From Thermotogota bacterium (lineage in GTDB: Bacteria; Thermotogota; Thermotogae; Petrotogales; Petrotogaceae), in the NCBI GenBank assembly GCA_051748045.1, contig JBNJGY010000010.1, positions 1-50,914 on the forward strand: 50,914 nucleotides of DNA, in the 5' to 3' direction. Positions 9,635 through 19,106 of the stretch are shown here, one piece after another. How positions within the stretch are numbered: the stretch's first letter is position 1; every line of letters begins with the position of its first letter. Below the pieces are notes generated by a model that had not been told where the DNA came from, did no database searches, and saw only the letters and a list, made by a program, of their open reading frames with translations. The position numbers and the translations under genes are program-made.

Positions 9635-10663
9635 ATGGAAATGTACTATGACTATGCTATTGAACAAATTGTTTCACTGTGTAAAATCCCAAGTCCAACT
9701 GGATATACTAATAAGGTTATTGATTATTTAAAGACAGAGTTTGATAATCTAGGGCTCGATTTTAAAATCACTAATAAAGGTGCTTTTGTTTCTGATTTAG
9801 GAGGAGAAGGAAATCCTTTATTATTAGCTGCTCATATAGATACTTTAGGAGCTATGGTTAGATCTATAAAATCTAACGGAAAAATAAGGTTGACAAAAAT
9901 CGGTGGTTATCCAGAAAATAATATTGAAGGAGAAAACTGTATAATTCACACTAGAGATGGTAAAGAATATACAGGAACAATACAGCTAACCCATCCTTCA
10001 ACTCATGTTTATAAAGATATAAGAACAATGGAGAGAAATGATGAAAATATAGAGGTTGTTATAGATGAAAAAGTATATAATAAAGATGATGTAGAAAAAT
10101 TAGGAATAAGAACTGGAGATTTTATCTCTCTTGACGCTAGAACAGTATATACTGAATCTGGCTTTATAAAAAGCAGGCATTTAGATGATAAAGCTAGTGC
10201 GGGTATACTAATGTCATTAGCAAGAATGGTAAAAGAGGGCAAAGTGAAATTAAAAAGAAAGGTTTATATAATGTTTACTTCTTATGAAGAGGTAGGCCAT
10301 GGTGGATCAGCTGGTATTCCTAAAGATATTGATGAAATGATTTCAGTTGATATGGGAGCAATTGGTGATGATCTTAATTGTAGCGAGTATCAAGTTAGTA
10401 TTTGTGCTAAAGATTCAGGGGGGCCTTATGATTATAATGTAACTACTAGTTTGATTGATATAGCAGGGTACAACAACATAGATCATGCTGTTGATATTTA
10501 TCCAATGTATGGCTCTGATGTTGAGGCCACTTTGAGAGCAGGATATGATATTAAGCATGGATTGATTGGTCCAGGAGTCTTTGCATCTCATGGCTATGAA
10601 AGAACACATAAAGAAGCTGTTAAAAATACAATAGACTTAATATATAACTACATATCAGAATAA
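9635..10663 (+). CDS. M42 family metallopeptidase (TET-like aminopeptidase)
   Basis: IPSPTG, AHIDTLG, SRHLDDK, YEEVGHG, SHGYER. Confidence 0.9.
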   Translation: MEMYYDYAIEQIVSLCKIPSPTGYTNKVIDYLKTEFDNLGLDFKITNKGAFVSDLGGEGNPLLLAAHIDTLGAMVRSIKSNGKIRLTKIGGYPENNIEGENCIIHTRDGKEYTGTIQLTHPSTHVYKDIRTMERNDENIEVVIDEKVYNKDDVEKLGIRTGDFISLDARTVYTESGFIKSRHLDDKASAGILMSLARMVKEGKVKLKRKVYIMFTSYEEVGHGGSAGIPKDIDEMISVDMGAIGDDLNCSEYQVSICAKDSGGPYDYNVTTSLIDIAGYNNIDHAVDIYPMYGSDVEATLRAGYDIKHGLIGPGVFASHGYERTHKEAVKNTIDLIYNYISE

Positions 10664-10672
10664 AGAAAATAA

Positions 10673-10705
10673 TGAAAGCACTCTATTATAAATGGAGTGC
10701 TTTCA
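10673..10705. terminator. Bidirectional terminator between convergent M42 peptidase and nadE
   Basis: TGAAAGCACTC...GAGTGCTTTCA inverted repeat overlapping the nadE stop. Confidence 0.75.
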
Positions 10706-11534
10706 ATCTTTTTTTATAAGAATATTTTAAAATATTTTTTACTCTTTCTATTTTTGATTGATCATATTTTTCTAAAGATTTCTCATTTTCTAAATCTTTT
10801 AATATATTATCAAGATCATCATATGAAATACCCATGGCGAATTCATCAGTTACCCCAGGCAATAAATCAGGAGATGGAGCTTTGTTTATAATTTTTTCTG
10901 GTACTTTAAGAAGTTTTGCTAAAGCTATTACTTCAGTTTTATAGAGATGAAATAAAGGCTCTATATCTGCAGCATCATCACCATATTTAACAAAAAAACC
11001 AGTTTTATACTCTGATTTATTTGTGGTTCCACTAACAAAATAATTTCTCTTTTCAGCTTCGAAATACATTTCCACCATTCTTATTCTATGTTTAATTCTA
11101 TAAAAGGCTAAACCTTTTCTAAAATCTTCATCACCCTCACCTTTTAGATCAGTAATAAAAGTATCTTCTGATGATTCTTTCCAACGTTTTTTAACATATT
11201 TGTTTTGAACAGTTCTAGGTATAAGAAATGTTGAAGGTTCTAATTTATAAGCGCCTGTTTTTCTTAAAATACCGGTTATATCTTTTTTATTATATTTAAT
11301 TCCGAGCTCTTTACATACTAATAAGGAATCATCAACAGTATTAGGTGAAGAATCTCTTTCTGGTAGTAACAATCCAAATACGTTATCTTTTCCTAGAGAA
11401 TTAACCAAAAGTTTAGCAATAACAGCAGAATCTATACCACCACTTATTCCTATTAGAGCTCCTTTATAATTGTATTTTTTATAAAAATCATGTATAAAAG
11501 ATTCTATTTTTTTCTTTTGTTCTTGTAAATTCAT
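10686..11534 (-). CDS. nadE: NH3-dependent NAD+ synthetase
   Basis: GISGGIDS, RIRM, GTTNKSE, GFFVKYGD, HLYKTEV, KAPSPDL; ATG 11534 preferred by RBS spacing. Confidence 0.93.
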   Translation of the reverse strand: MNLQEQKKKIESFIHDFYKKYNYKGALIGISGGIDSAVIAKLLVNSLGKDNVFGLLLPERDSSPNTVDDSLLVCKELGIKYNKKDITGILRKTGAYKLEPSTFLIPRTVQNKYVKKRWKESSEDTFITDLKGEGDEDFRKGLAFYRIKHRIRMVEMYFEAEKRNYFVSGTTNKSEYKTGFFVKYGDDAADIEPLFHLYKTEVIALAKLLKVPEKIINKAPSPDLLPGVTDEFAMGISYDDLDNILKDLENEKSLEKYDQSKIERVKNILKYSYKKRLKALHL

Positions 11535-11552
11535 AATCAACCCCCTTTTAAA

Positions 11553-12413
11553 TTATATTTCATCGAGTAAAGAAGTATGTTGTTCTGATCTTAAATATAT
11601 ACCTGTAGTTTGAATGCTAGTATGTCCTAGTATATATCTAACTTCTTCAATGTTTTTTCCGGAATTTAATAATTTTTTCGCACATGTATGTCTTAAGGCA
11701 TGAGGCGTCGCGTTTATAAGATTTATATTCTCACCAGATAGATTTATTTTATTTATTTCTTCATTTGCCATAACCACATATTTTTTAAATCTTCTTTGCA
11801 TAGTCCTAGAGGTTGGTACAGTTTTGTTTTTAAGTAATTTATCAAATACATATTTATCTGTATAATTGAGTATTTCTTTAGCATAATAGAATGATATTTT
11901 TAAAATTCTTTCTTTTGAGCCTTTACCATCTATAACGATTTCTGCAAAATCTTTATGTATTATGAAATCATCTCTCTTTAATTTTAGTGCTTCTGAAATT
12001 CTTAAACCCATTTTTAATAAAAGACCATAAAAATATCTATCATAATCATTTTTATTAATATATTTAAATAAAATTTCAGTTTGATTTTCAGTTAAGCCTT
12101 TCGGTACTTGAGTTGGTGTCTCAGTGTAGGCATCCTTCCAATATTGTATCCCATCTATATATTTATTTTCAAAAAGATAATTTAAGAAAGACCTTATTAC
12201 AACAACTCTTAGTCTAATGGTTCTTTTTGATAATTTTGAGTTTTCTTCAAGATACCTTAAGAAAGCTATTTTATTAATACCAATTTCATCAATATATTTT
12301 TTATATGTATTTAAAATTTTTTTGTACTCTTTTATTGTTGAATCTGCTCTTCGTTTAATATATTTAAGATGAGAAAGAAATTCTTCTATATATTTTTCAT
12401 TTAAATCTGTCAT
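11553..12413 (-). CDS. Tyrosine recombinase, XerC/XerD-like
   Basis: Complete catalytic set GLRISE, GKGSKER, PHALRH, LGH...TTGIY; N-terminal SAM-like domain; housekeeping context. Confidence 0.9.
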   Translation of the reverse strand: MTDLNEKYIEEFLSHLKYIKRRADSTIKEYKKILNTYKKYIDEIGINKIAFLRYLEENSKLSKRTIRLRVVVIRSFLNYLFENKYIDGIQYWKDAYTETPTQVPKGLTENQTEILFKYINKNDYDRYFYGLLLKMGLRISEALKLKRDDFIIHKDFAEIVIDGKGSKERILKISFYYAKEILNYTDKYVFDKLLKNKTVPTSRTMQRRFKKYVVMANEEINKINLSGENINLINATPHALRHTCAKKLLNSGKNIEEVRYILGHTSIQTTGIYLRSEQHTSLLDEI

Positions 12414-12500
12414 GTTTATCCCTCCTTTATTATTATATCATCTACTATTGATATTATTTTGTGTTAAAATTATTTAGAAGAAAAAATTATGAGGTGATTT

Positions 12501-13436
12501 ATGAAAGAAAAAAATATCTTAGAAAATAAATTGATTATATTTTTAATTGCTTTGTTATCAAGTGTTCTTTGGGGCTCCGCATTTCCAACTTTAAAGATAT
12601 CTTTCGCTGAACTTAACTTATTAAATGATGATATATGGTCAAAAGTTTTGTTTGCTGGTTTTAGATTTTTAGGATCTAGTATTTTATTATTTATATTTTT
12701 ATTTTTCAGAAAAGAAAAAATGAATGTAAAATTCAGCTCATTATATAAAGTTTTGATATTAGGCCTTTTACAAACAACATTACAATACTTCTTTTTTTAT
12801 AACGGTCTTGCTAATACTTCTGGAATGAAAGCTGCTATACTTCAATCTAGTTCAACTTTTTTTGTTGTATTGTTAGCTCATTTTATATATCATAATGATA
12901 AAATTAATAATAGAAAAATTTTAGGGCTTATAACAGGTTTTTTAGGTATAATTATAACTAATTGGGGTAGTGGATTTAATGTTGAGTTCACTTTTTATGG
13001 TGAAGGATTTTTGTTGATAGCAGGATTTGTAGCTTCATTTGGTACTATTCTTGCCAAACATCTAACAATAAAAATAAATCCTTTTTTAATTACTGCTATT
13101 CAGATGTTTTTCGGCTCTATAATTTTGATAATAATTGGTGCTTCACAAGTAGGCTTATTTTCATTAAAATTTAATGTTCTTAGTTTTTCATTGCTTTTAT
13201 ATAGCTCTTTCTTATCTGCTGTGGCATTTAGTTTATGGTATTCTTTATTAAAATATAATAAAGCTGGAGAAGTAACAATTTATAGATTTATGATTCCAGT
13301 ATCTGGTTCAATTTTATCCAGTATTTTTATATCAGATGAATCATTATCTATCAATATCTTTTTTGCTCTCATTATGGTTGCAATAGGTATTATTTCTGTA
13401 AATTATAAAAAGAATTATAAAAAAGAGATATCTTAG
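12501..13436 (+). CDS. DMT (EamA) family transporter
   Basis: ~10 TM segments, LWGSAFP and FAGFRF signatures. Confidence 0.88.
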   Translation: MKEKNILENKLIIFLIALLSSVLWGSAFPTLKISFAELNLLNDDIWSKVLFAGFRFLGSSILLFIFLFFRKEKMNVKFSSLYKVLILGLLQTTLQYFFFYNGLANTSGMKAAILQSSSTFFVVLLAHFIYHNDKINNRKILGLITGFLGIIITNWGSGFNVEFTFYGEGFLLIAGFVASFGTILAKHLTIKINPFLITAIQMFFGSIILIIIGASQVGLFSLKFNVLSFSLLLYSSFLSAVAFSLWYSLLKYNKAGEVTIYRFMIPVSGSILSSIFISDESLSINIFFALIMVAIGIISVNYKKNYKKEIS

Positions 13437-13456
13437 TTGATAAGATATCTCTTTTT
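13420..13456. terminator. Bidirectional terminator
   Basis: AAAAAGAGATATCTTA-gttga-TAAGATATCTCTTTTT 16-bp stem between convergent genes. Confidence 0.85.
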
Positions 13457-13462
13457 AGCTTT

Positions 13463-13891
13463 TTATTTACTATTATAACTTTCTAAATTTATAACTTCGT
13501 CATAGATTATATTATATAATTTTTTAGTTTTTTCAGCAGTGTGTTCATTTATTAAATATACTTTATTATCTTTGGTTATAATACGAATAAAATGATCTAA
13601 ACTTTTTTTGTTGATATATAATGTTGTTTTACCATAATATTCAATATCAAATATACCTTTCAAAGTATTTCCTAATCCTGCACCGAAAATCTTCATTCCT
13701 ATATTTATATCCTCTTCAATAATTTTCAAGGACTTAATATTTTCTATTTCTATTTTAAAACTAAAAATCCCATAACCCTTTATATAGTTATTATTAACTG
13801 ATATTTTTGATACAAATGTAAAGAAAACTAATCCTAAAACACCTACCATAACAATAAATCTAATGAATTTTTTCCTTTTAATACCCATCAC
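13463..13891 (-). CDS. Membrane-anchored bacterial PH-domain protein (paralogue 2)
   Basis: N-terminal TM; IKSL..IE, GAGLGNTLKGIF, GKTTLYIN; start codon uncertain. Confidence 0.7.
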   Translation of the reverse strand: MMGIKRKKFIRFIVMVGVLGLVFFTFVSKISVNNNYIKGYGIFSFKIEIENIKSLKIIEEDINIGMKIFGAGLGNTLKGIFDIEYYGKTTLYINKKSLDHFIRIITKDNKVYLINEHTAEKTKKLYNIIYDEVINLESYNSK

Positions 13892-13901
13892 TCCATTTTT
13901 A

Positions 13902-14318
13902 TTATTTTAATGAGGATAGTTCCTTAAAAATATTTTCGGTTTCTTCTAGTGTATCTAAATTAAGTATAAAATATTTATCTTCATTTGATGTAATTAAGAT
14001 ATTGTATTTTAAATCTTTATTGTTTATATATAGCTTAGCATTTCCATATTCTCTTATTCTATATACTCCTTTATGGGTTTTTCCAATTCCAGCACCATTT
14101 AACTTAATTATTATATCTACATTTTCTATAATTTCAACATTTTTTATTTCCTCAAAAGCTAAGCTAAAACCAAATAAACCAGAAGCTTTTATTTTATCAT
14201 TTTCAATAGAAACATTCGCATTCAAGACGTTCATAGTTAAAAATGCTAAAAATATTAATACTATACCTGATATTATAAGAGATACTTTAGTATTATTATT
14301 CTTCTTTATTTTAAACAT
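13902..14318 (-). CDS. Membrane-anchored bacterial PH-domain protein (paralogue 1)
   Basis: N-terminal TM; EIKNVEII, NGAGIGKTHKGVY, GNAKLYIN. Confidence 0.7.
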   Translation of the reverse strand: MFKIKKNNNTKVSLIISGIVLIFLAFLTMNVLNANVSIENDKIKASGLFGFSLAFEEIKNVEIIENVDIIIKLNGAGIGKTHKGVYRIREYGNAKLYINNKDLKYNILITSNEDKYFILNLDTLEETENIFKELSSLK

Positions 14319-14319
14319 T

Positions 14320-15840
14320 TTATTCTCCTTCTATCCATTCAACAATTTCTTCTGATAATTTTTCTGAGTGTTCAACAGTGCCTACTTTATTTAACATATG
14401 TCCCATTCCTTCAATATACTTAATCGTAAGATTTTTATTTTTTAATAAGTCTTCTTCATATTCTTTTAATTTTTCATGAGGAGTTTTTAGATCAACAGTT
14501 CCATTTATAATCAGGGTTGGGATTTGTATTTTTTTAAATTTTTCTATAGTATTTGAAGTCAATTCATTTGATTTTACTAAAAAATCATAATCTGCACCAA
14601 AGACTTTTTCTTCTGGATTGTAATTATTGTTTTCTATTTTTTGTTTTATATCGTTAACTTGATCTTTAACTTTTTTTAGCTGATCTATAGTTTGTTTATA
14701 TTGTTCAGAATTATTCAACTTATTAAAATAGTTTATTTGATAATCTATTTGGTAAATCATTTGATCTACAAATTTTTCAGTTCCTGGAGAAATTGCTATT
14801 GCTCTATCAAAATTATTATCGTTAATTAAAGGAACAAAAGTGGCACCTTGAGAATGTCCCAAAAGAATAATTTCATTAAATTCAAAATTATTTTTTATAA
14901 AATTATAGGCATTTTTTGCATCACTTATAAATTCTATTGGATCTATATCTTTATCAATATTCCTAGTTAGATATAGATATGATCTTTTATCATATCTAAA
15001 AGATGAATATCCTTTTTCTGCTAAATCTTCTGCTAGATCTTTGAAAGGTTTTAAAACTACATTTCCTTCTCTTAGAGTTTCATCTCTGTCGTTAGCTCCT
15101 GAACCATGAACAAAAACAAAAATTTTATTTTTTGATTTATTAGGTGTAATTAAAGTACCAGGAATTTCAAAATCATTAGAGTTAAACGAAATCTCTTTTT
15201 CTTTATAATTTTTAGTATTTGAATTCTCATATGCAAAATTAGTATTTAATAATTTTGCGCCTTGTGCAGGAATCTCAATAGATTTAATTTGGTTATCTTC
15301 AAAAATAATTTTTAGTTCTACATTCGCATAATTTATTTTTTGTATGTTGTTTTCTTTATTCGATTTGAAATTAAAAATTGTTTCTCTATTAGAAAGGGCA
15401 AGTTGAGGAATAAAAGATTTTTCAGTAAAATCATTTATTTTTGTTAATGCGTAAATGTGTTCAATAATAAATCCATTATCTATAATATGTACATTATTCT
15501 CTGTTTGAATTTTTGGGAGATTTACACCATTAAATTGATTTATTATTGTTTTTCCATCAAACTCTGAAGTAAGATCTATTCTCTGAACATCATCAACCTC
15601 AATTTTTACATTGTACTTAGAAAAAATATAGCTTTCATTGAATTCTGTTTTACTAACTGTTTTTATTTTTTGGTTTTGGACATTAATTAATGATTTTGAA
15701 GATCCAGTCATTGTTTGTTCATCAAAGTTCATAGTTGCTGTTCCTACTTTTGTACCTTGAACATAATAATCAAAGTCTATCTCTACACTTAAACCCAAAA
15801 TACCCATCAATAAAATTCCCAATAAAAAAATTTTTTTCAT
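14320..15840 (-). CDS. Secreted alpha/beta hydrolase
   Basis: Signal peptide MKKIFLLGILL; VHGSGANDRDE, RYDKR, GHSQG, GTVD, GMGH. Confidence 0.85.
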   Translation of the reverse strand: MKKIFLLGILLMGILGLSVEIDFDYYVQGTKVGTATMNFDEQTMTGSSKSLINVQNQKIKTVSKTEFNESYIFSKYNVKIEVDDVQRIDLTSEFDGKTIINQFNGVNLPKIQTENNVHIIDNGFIIEHIYALTKINDFTEKSFIPQLALSNRETIFNFKSNKENNIQKINYANVELKIIFEDNQIKSIEIPAQGAKLLNTNFAYENSNTKNYKEKEISFNSNDFEIPGTLITPNKSKNKIFVFVHGSGANDRDETLREGNVVLKPFKDLAEDLAEKGYSSFRYDKRSYLYLTRNIDKDIDPIEFISDAKNAYNFIKNNFEFNEIILLGHSQGATFVPLINDNNFDRAIAISPGTEKFVDQMIYQIDYQINYFNKLNNSEQYKQTIDQLKKVKDQVNDIKQKIENNNYNPEEKVFGADYDFLVKSNELTSNTIEKFKKIQIPTLIINGTVDLKTPHEKLKEYEEDLLKNKNLTIKYIEGMGHMLNKVGTVEHSEKLSEEIVEWIEGE

Positions 15841-15863
15841 TTTATTCCCTCCTGTCATATAAT

Positions 15864-15902
15864 CACTGTAATATTATAACAGTACAGTGTATATAAAGTC
15901 AA
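15864..15902 (-). promoter_or_regulatory. sigma70 promoter with overlapping inverted-repeat operator
   Basis: Minus strand TTGACT-N18-TATAAT (TG-extended); CACTGTA-N12-TACAGTG at 15864..15889 straddles the -10. Confidence 0.65.
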
Positions 15903-15920
15903 ATGACTTTTATCATATTT

Positions 15921-15957
15921 TTAAAGGTAGACTTTTATATAAAAAGTCTACCTTTAA
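15921..15957. terminator. Terminator of malY-pgm
   Basis: TTAAAGGTAGACTTTT-atata-AAAAGTCTACCTTTAA, 3 bp past the pgm stop. Confidence 0.85.
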
Positions 15958-15960
15958 TGA

Positions 15961-17685
15961 TTAAACCATATCAAATATTTCTTTTATTTTTGAGTTGATT
16001 AGTTCTAATTTTTTTTCTGATTTTTCTTTATCATCATCTTTTGAATAAATATATATTTTAATTTTTGGTTCTGTTCCTGATGGCCTAATTGCATACCAGG
16101 AACCATCATTAAACCAAAATCTCAGAACATTAGACTTTGGTATTTCTGACAATGATTCTTTTCCATTTTCTATATCTACTTCTTTATTATCTAAGTAATC
16201 AGCGTATTTTATTAATTTTAAACCGTCAATTCTTTCAGGATAATTTTCTCTATAATACTCCATAATTCTTTCAATTCTTTTTTGACCTTCTAATCCTTCC
16301 AAGATCATTGAGTAATTGTTTTCTAATTGATAACCATGATTTGAATAAATATCTTGTAAAACATCTAATAAAGATTTATGTTTTGTTTTATAATATGCTG
16401 CTGCTTCAGATAGCAACATAGCAGCTATTACACCATCTTTATCTCTAACAAAAGTACCAGCAACAAAACCAATACTTTCTTCATAACCAAAAATAAATTC
16501 CCCTGCTCCATTTTCCAATAATTCATTTTCTTTACCACATATATTTTTAAACCCAGTTAATGCTTCATATGTATCAATCCCATAACTTTCTCCTATTGAT
16601 TTTCCAAGATTTCCTGTAACAACAGATTTCACAATGAACCCTTTATTAGGTAATTTATTCTCTTCTTTTCTAGATTCTAAAATATAATTAATTAATAAGG
16701 CTCCAGTTTGATTTCCAGTAAGTGGAACATATTCTCCATTATTATTTTTGACCTCTACTGCAAGCCTATCGCAATCAGGGTCTGTTGCTATTAAAAGATC
16801 AGCATTTTTTTCTTTACCCAAAACTTCAGATAATTTAAAAGCTTTTGTATCTTCAGGATTTGGATATCCTACTGTAGAAAAATCTGGATCGGGATGTTCT
16901 TGTTCTGGAACTACAAAAACATTTTTAAAACCTCTTCTTTCCAAAACTTCTCTTACAGGTTTGTTCCCTGTTCCGTTTAAAGGTGTATAAATAATATTAA
17001 TATTTTTATCTATATTATCCTTAATTGCTAAATTAAGTACTTCTTTTTTATATTTCTCTTTTATATCATGACCAATGTATTCAATCAATCCTTTTTGAAC
17101 TCCATCTTCTAGTTCAATTAGTTTTACATCGCTAAAATAATCAAGAGTTTCAATTTCTGATGTAATACCATCAGCTATATCAGCCATAATTTGACTTCCT
17201 TCTTTCCAGTATACTTTATAACCATTATAGTCTCTTGGGTTATGACTAGCAGTAACAACTATACCTGAAATTGCATTTAGTTCTCTTACCGAATAAGAAA
17301 GAATAGGGGTGGCTGTAATATCATCGTGTAAATACACTTTGATACCTTTATTAGCTAAAATTCTAGCAGCTAATTCAGAAAATTCTTTAGAAAAATATCT
17401 AACATCATAAGCAATAGCTACACCTCTTTTTTTTGCTTCTTCTCCTTGTTTTTCTATAAAGTTAGCTAACCCCTGAGAAGCTCTTCCAACAGTATAAACA
17501 TTCATTCTATTTGTTCCCATTCCTAACTTTCCTCTTAGTCCCGCAGTACCAAATTTAAGATCATCATAGAATCTATCTTTAATTTCTTGTTCGTTATCTT
17601 TTATATCTAACAGTTCCTCTTTTTCTTTTAAAGATAATTGATCTGATTCTATCCATTCGTTATAAAGTTTTAAAAAATCTCTCAT
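15961..17685 (-). CDS. pgm: Phosphoglucomutase/phosphomannomutase
   Basis: FGTAGLRG, TASHNP, DPDCDR, GYEESIG, RPSGTEPK. Confidence 0.93.
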   Translation of the reverse strand: MRDFLKLYNEWIESDQLSLKEKEELLDIKDNEQEIKDRFYDDLKFGTAGLRGKLGMGTNRMNVYTVGRASQGLANFIEKQGEEAKKRGVAIAYDVRYFSKEFSELAARILANKGIKVYLHDDITATPILSYSVRELNAISGIVVTASHNPRDYNGYKVYWKEGSQIMADIADGITSEIETLDYFSDVKLIELEDGVQKGLIEYIGHDIKEKYKKEVLNLAIKDNIDKNINIIYTPLNGTGNKPVREVLERRGFKNVFVVPEQEHPDPDFSTVGYPNPEDTKAFKLSEVLGKEKNADLLIATDPDCDRLAVEVKNNNGEYVPLTGNQTGALLINYILESRKEENKLPNKGFIVKSVVTGNLGKSIGESYGIDTYEALTGFKNICGKENELLENGAGEFIFGYEESIGFVAGTFVRDKDGVIAAMLLSEAAAYYKTKHKSLLDVLQDIYSNHGYQLENNYSMILEGLEGQKRIERIMEYYRENYPERIDGLKLIKYADYLDNKEVDIENGKESLSEIPKSNVLRFWFNDGSWYAIRPSGTEPKIKIYIYSKDDDKEKSEKKLELINSKIKEIFDMV

Positions 17686-17697
17686 ATAATTTCCTCC

Positions 17698-18867
17698 TTA
17701 TTCATTAAATGCAAGTTTTATATTCCTAAGAGCTTTTTCTATGATATCTTTATTTGTAGCTATATTCATCCTAAAAAATCCTTCACCTTCATTGCCAAAT
17801 ATACTTCCTTCTTCTAATCCTACTCCTGCTTTATTTATTAAAATATCCTTTACTTCTTTTTCGTTTCCAAGTTTTCTCATATCCAACCAAATTAAATAAG
17901 TTCCCTCAGGCTTAACAAAAGAAATTTCTGGTATATTTTCTTTTAAAAAATCGTCTATAAAATTTATATTGTTTTGAAGATAGTTTAGAAGTTGATCTAA
18001 CCAATCTCTACCAAAATTATATGCAGCTTCTAAACCTTTGATTCCAAAAATATTAGTTAGATCTGAACTATATCTATTTTTTGACTCTTCAAATTTATCT
18101 TTAAGATTTTTATTTGCTATTACAGCGTTAGCTGTTTCTAATCCTGCTATGTTAAAAGTTTTACTAGGAGCATTGAATGTAATTGTATTTTCTTTTGTAT
18201 AGTCATTGATACTAGCAAAAGGTATGTGTATGTTCCCCCTATATACTAAATCAGCATGTATTTCATCTGAAATTACCAATTTGTTATATTTCTCAGCTAA
18301 ATTTGCAATATTTTTTAGTTCAGTTTTCTTCCACACTCTTCCTACTGGATTTTGTGGCGAGCATAAAATTAATAATTTTATTTCATCATTTTTGAATTTA
18401 TTTTCCATATCTTCAAAATCAATTATATAACCTTTATCTGTATAAATCATTTCATTTTTTACAATTTTTCTATCATTATTTTTTATAACATCAAAAAATG
18501 GATAATAAACTGGAGTTTGAATCATAATTTTATCTCCTGGATTTGTATAAGCATTAATTGCTATTTTTAATCCTGGAACAACTCCTGGAGAAAAGCTTAT
18601 CCATTCTTTTTCTATTTTCCAATCATGATATTTTTCAAACCATCTTATTATTGAATTATAATAACTGTCAGTTCTAGTTGAGTAACCGAAAATACCATGA
18701 TCTACTATAGAAGTTAAAGCGTCTAAAACTTCCTTAGGTGCTTTAAAATCCATGTCAGCTACCCACATTGGAATTACTTCTTTTTTACCAAAAATAGTTT
18801 CATTTAAATCCCATTTTACAGAATTTGTATTTTTTCTATTGATATTTTTATCAAAGATATAAATCAT
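17698..18867 (-). CDS. MalY/PatB family PLP-dependent C-S lyase
   Basis: SVKWD, PMWVADMDF, CSPQNPVGRVW, SDEIHADL, APSKTFNIAGL, EGTYLIWLD. Confidence 0.92.
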   Translation of the reverse strand: MIYIFDKNINRKNTNSVKWDLNETIFGKKEVIPMWVADMDFKAPKEVLDALTSIVDHGIFGYSTRTDSYYNSIIRWFEKYHDWKIEKEWISFSPGVVPGLKIAINAYTNPGDKIMIQTPVYYPFFDVIKNNDRKIVKNEMIYTDKGYIIDFEDMENKFKNDEIKLLILCSPQNPVGRVWKKTELKNIANLAEKYNKLVISDEIHADLVYRGNIHIPFASINDYTKENTITFNAPSKTFNIAGLETANAVIANKNLKDKFEESKNRYSSDLTNIFGIKGLEAAYNFGRDWLDQLLNYLQNNINFIDDFLKENIPEISFVKPEGTYLIWLDMRKLGNEKEVKDILINKAGVGLEEGSIFGNEGEGFFRMNIATNKDIIEKALRNIKLAFNE

Positions 18868-19056
18868 CTCCTTTTTATTATTTTGTTATTATTAAATTTA
18901 AGAAATTTATTAATATACATATATATTCTCATATAAATTGAAATAATTAGCTATAATTAGTTATAAATAAACTTAATTTATTTTTAAAAAAGTGGTAATA
19001 TATATTTGTAGTTGTTTTACCGAGTTTTTCTCTCTATGTTCATAAAATCATTAGAT

Positions 19057-19082
19057 GGTGCTGAAAAGCACCTTTTTTTTTT
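19057..19082 (+). terminator. Leader terminator (attenuator or sRNA end) upstream of psuK
   Basis: GGTGCT-GAAA-AGCACC followed by T10; no + strand gene upstream to terminate. Confidence 0.75.
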
Positions 19083-19106
19083 ATATTAATTAAGAGGTGA
19101 TTATCT

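Noticed and set aside
10686-13436. Integrative element or prophage around the tyrosine recombinase
   Set aside because: Flanking genes are housekeeping (nadE, DMT transporter); no att repeats, tRNA or phage genes.
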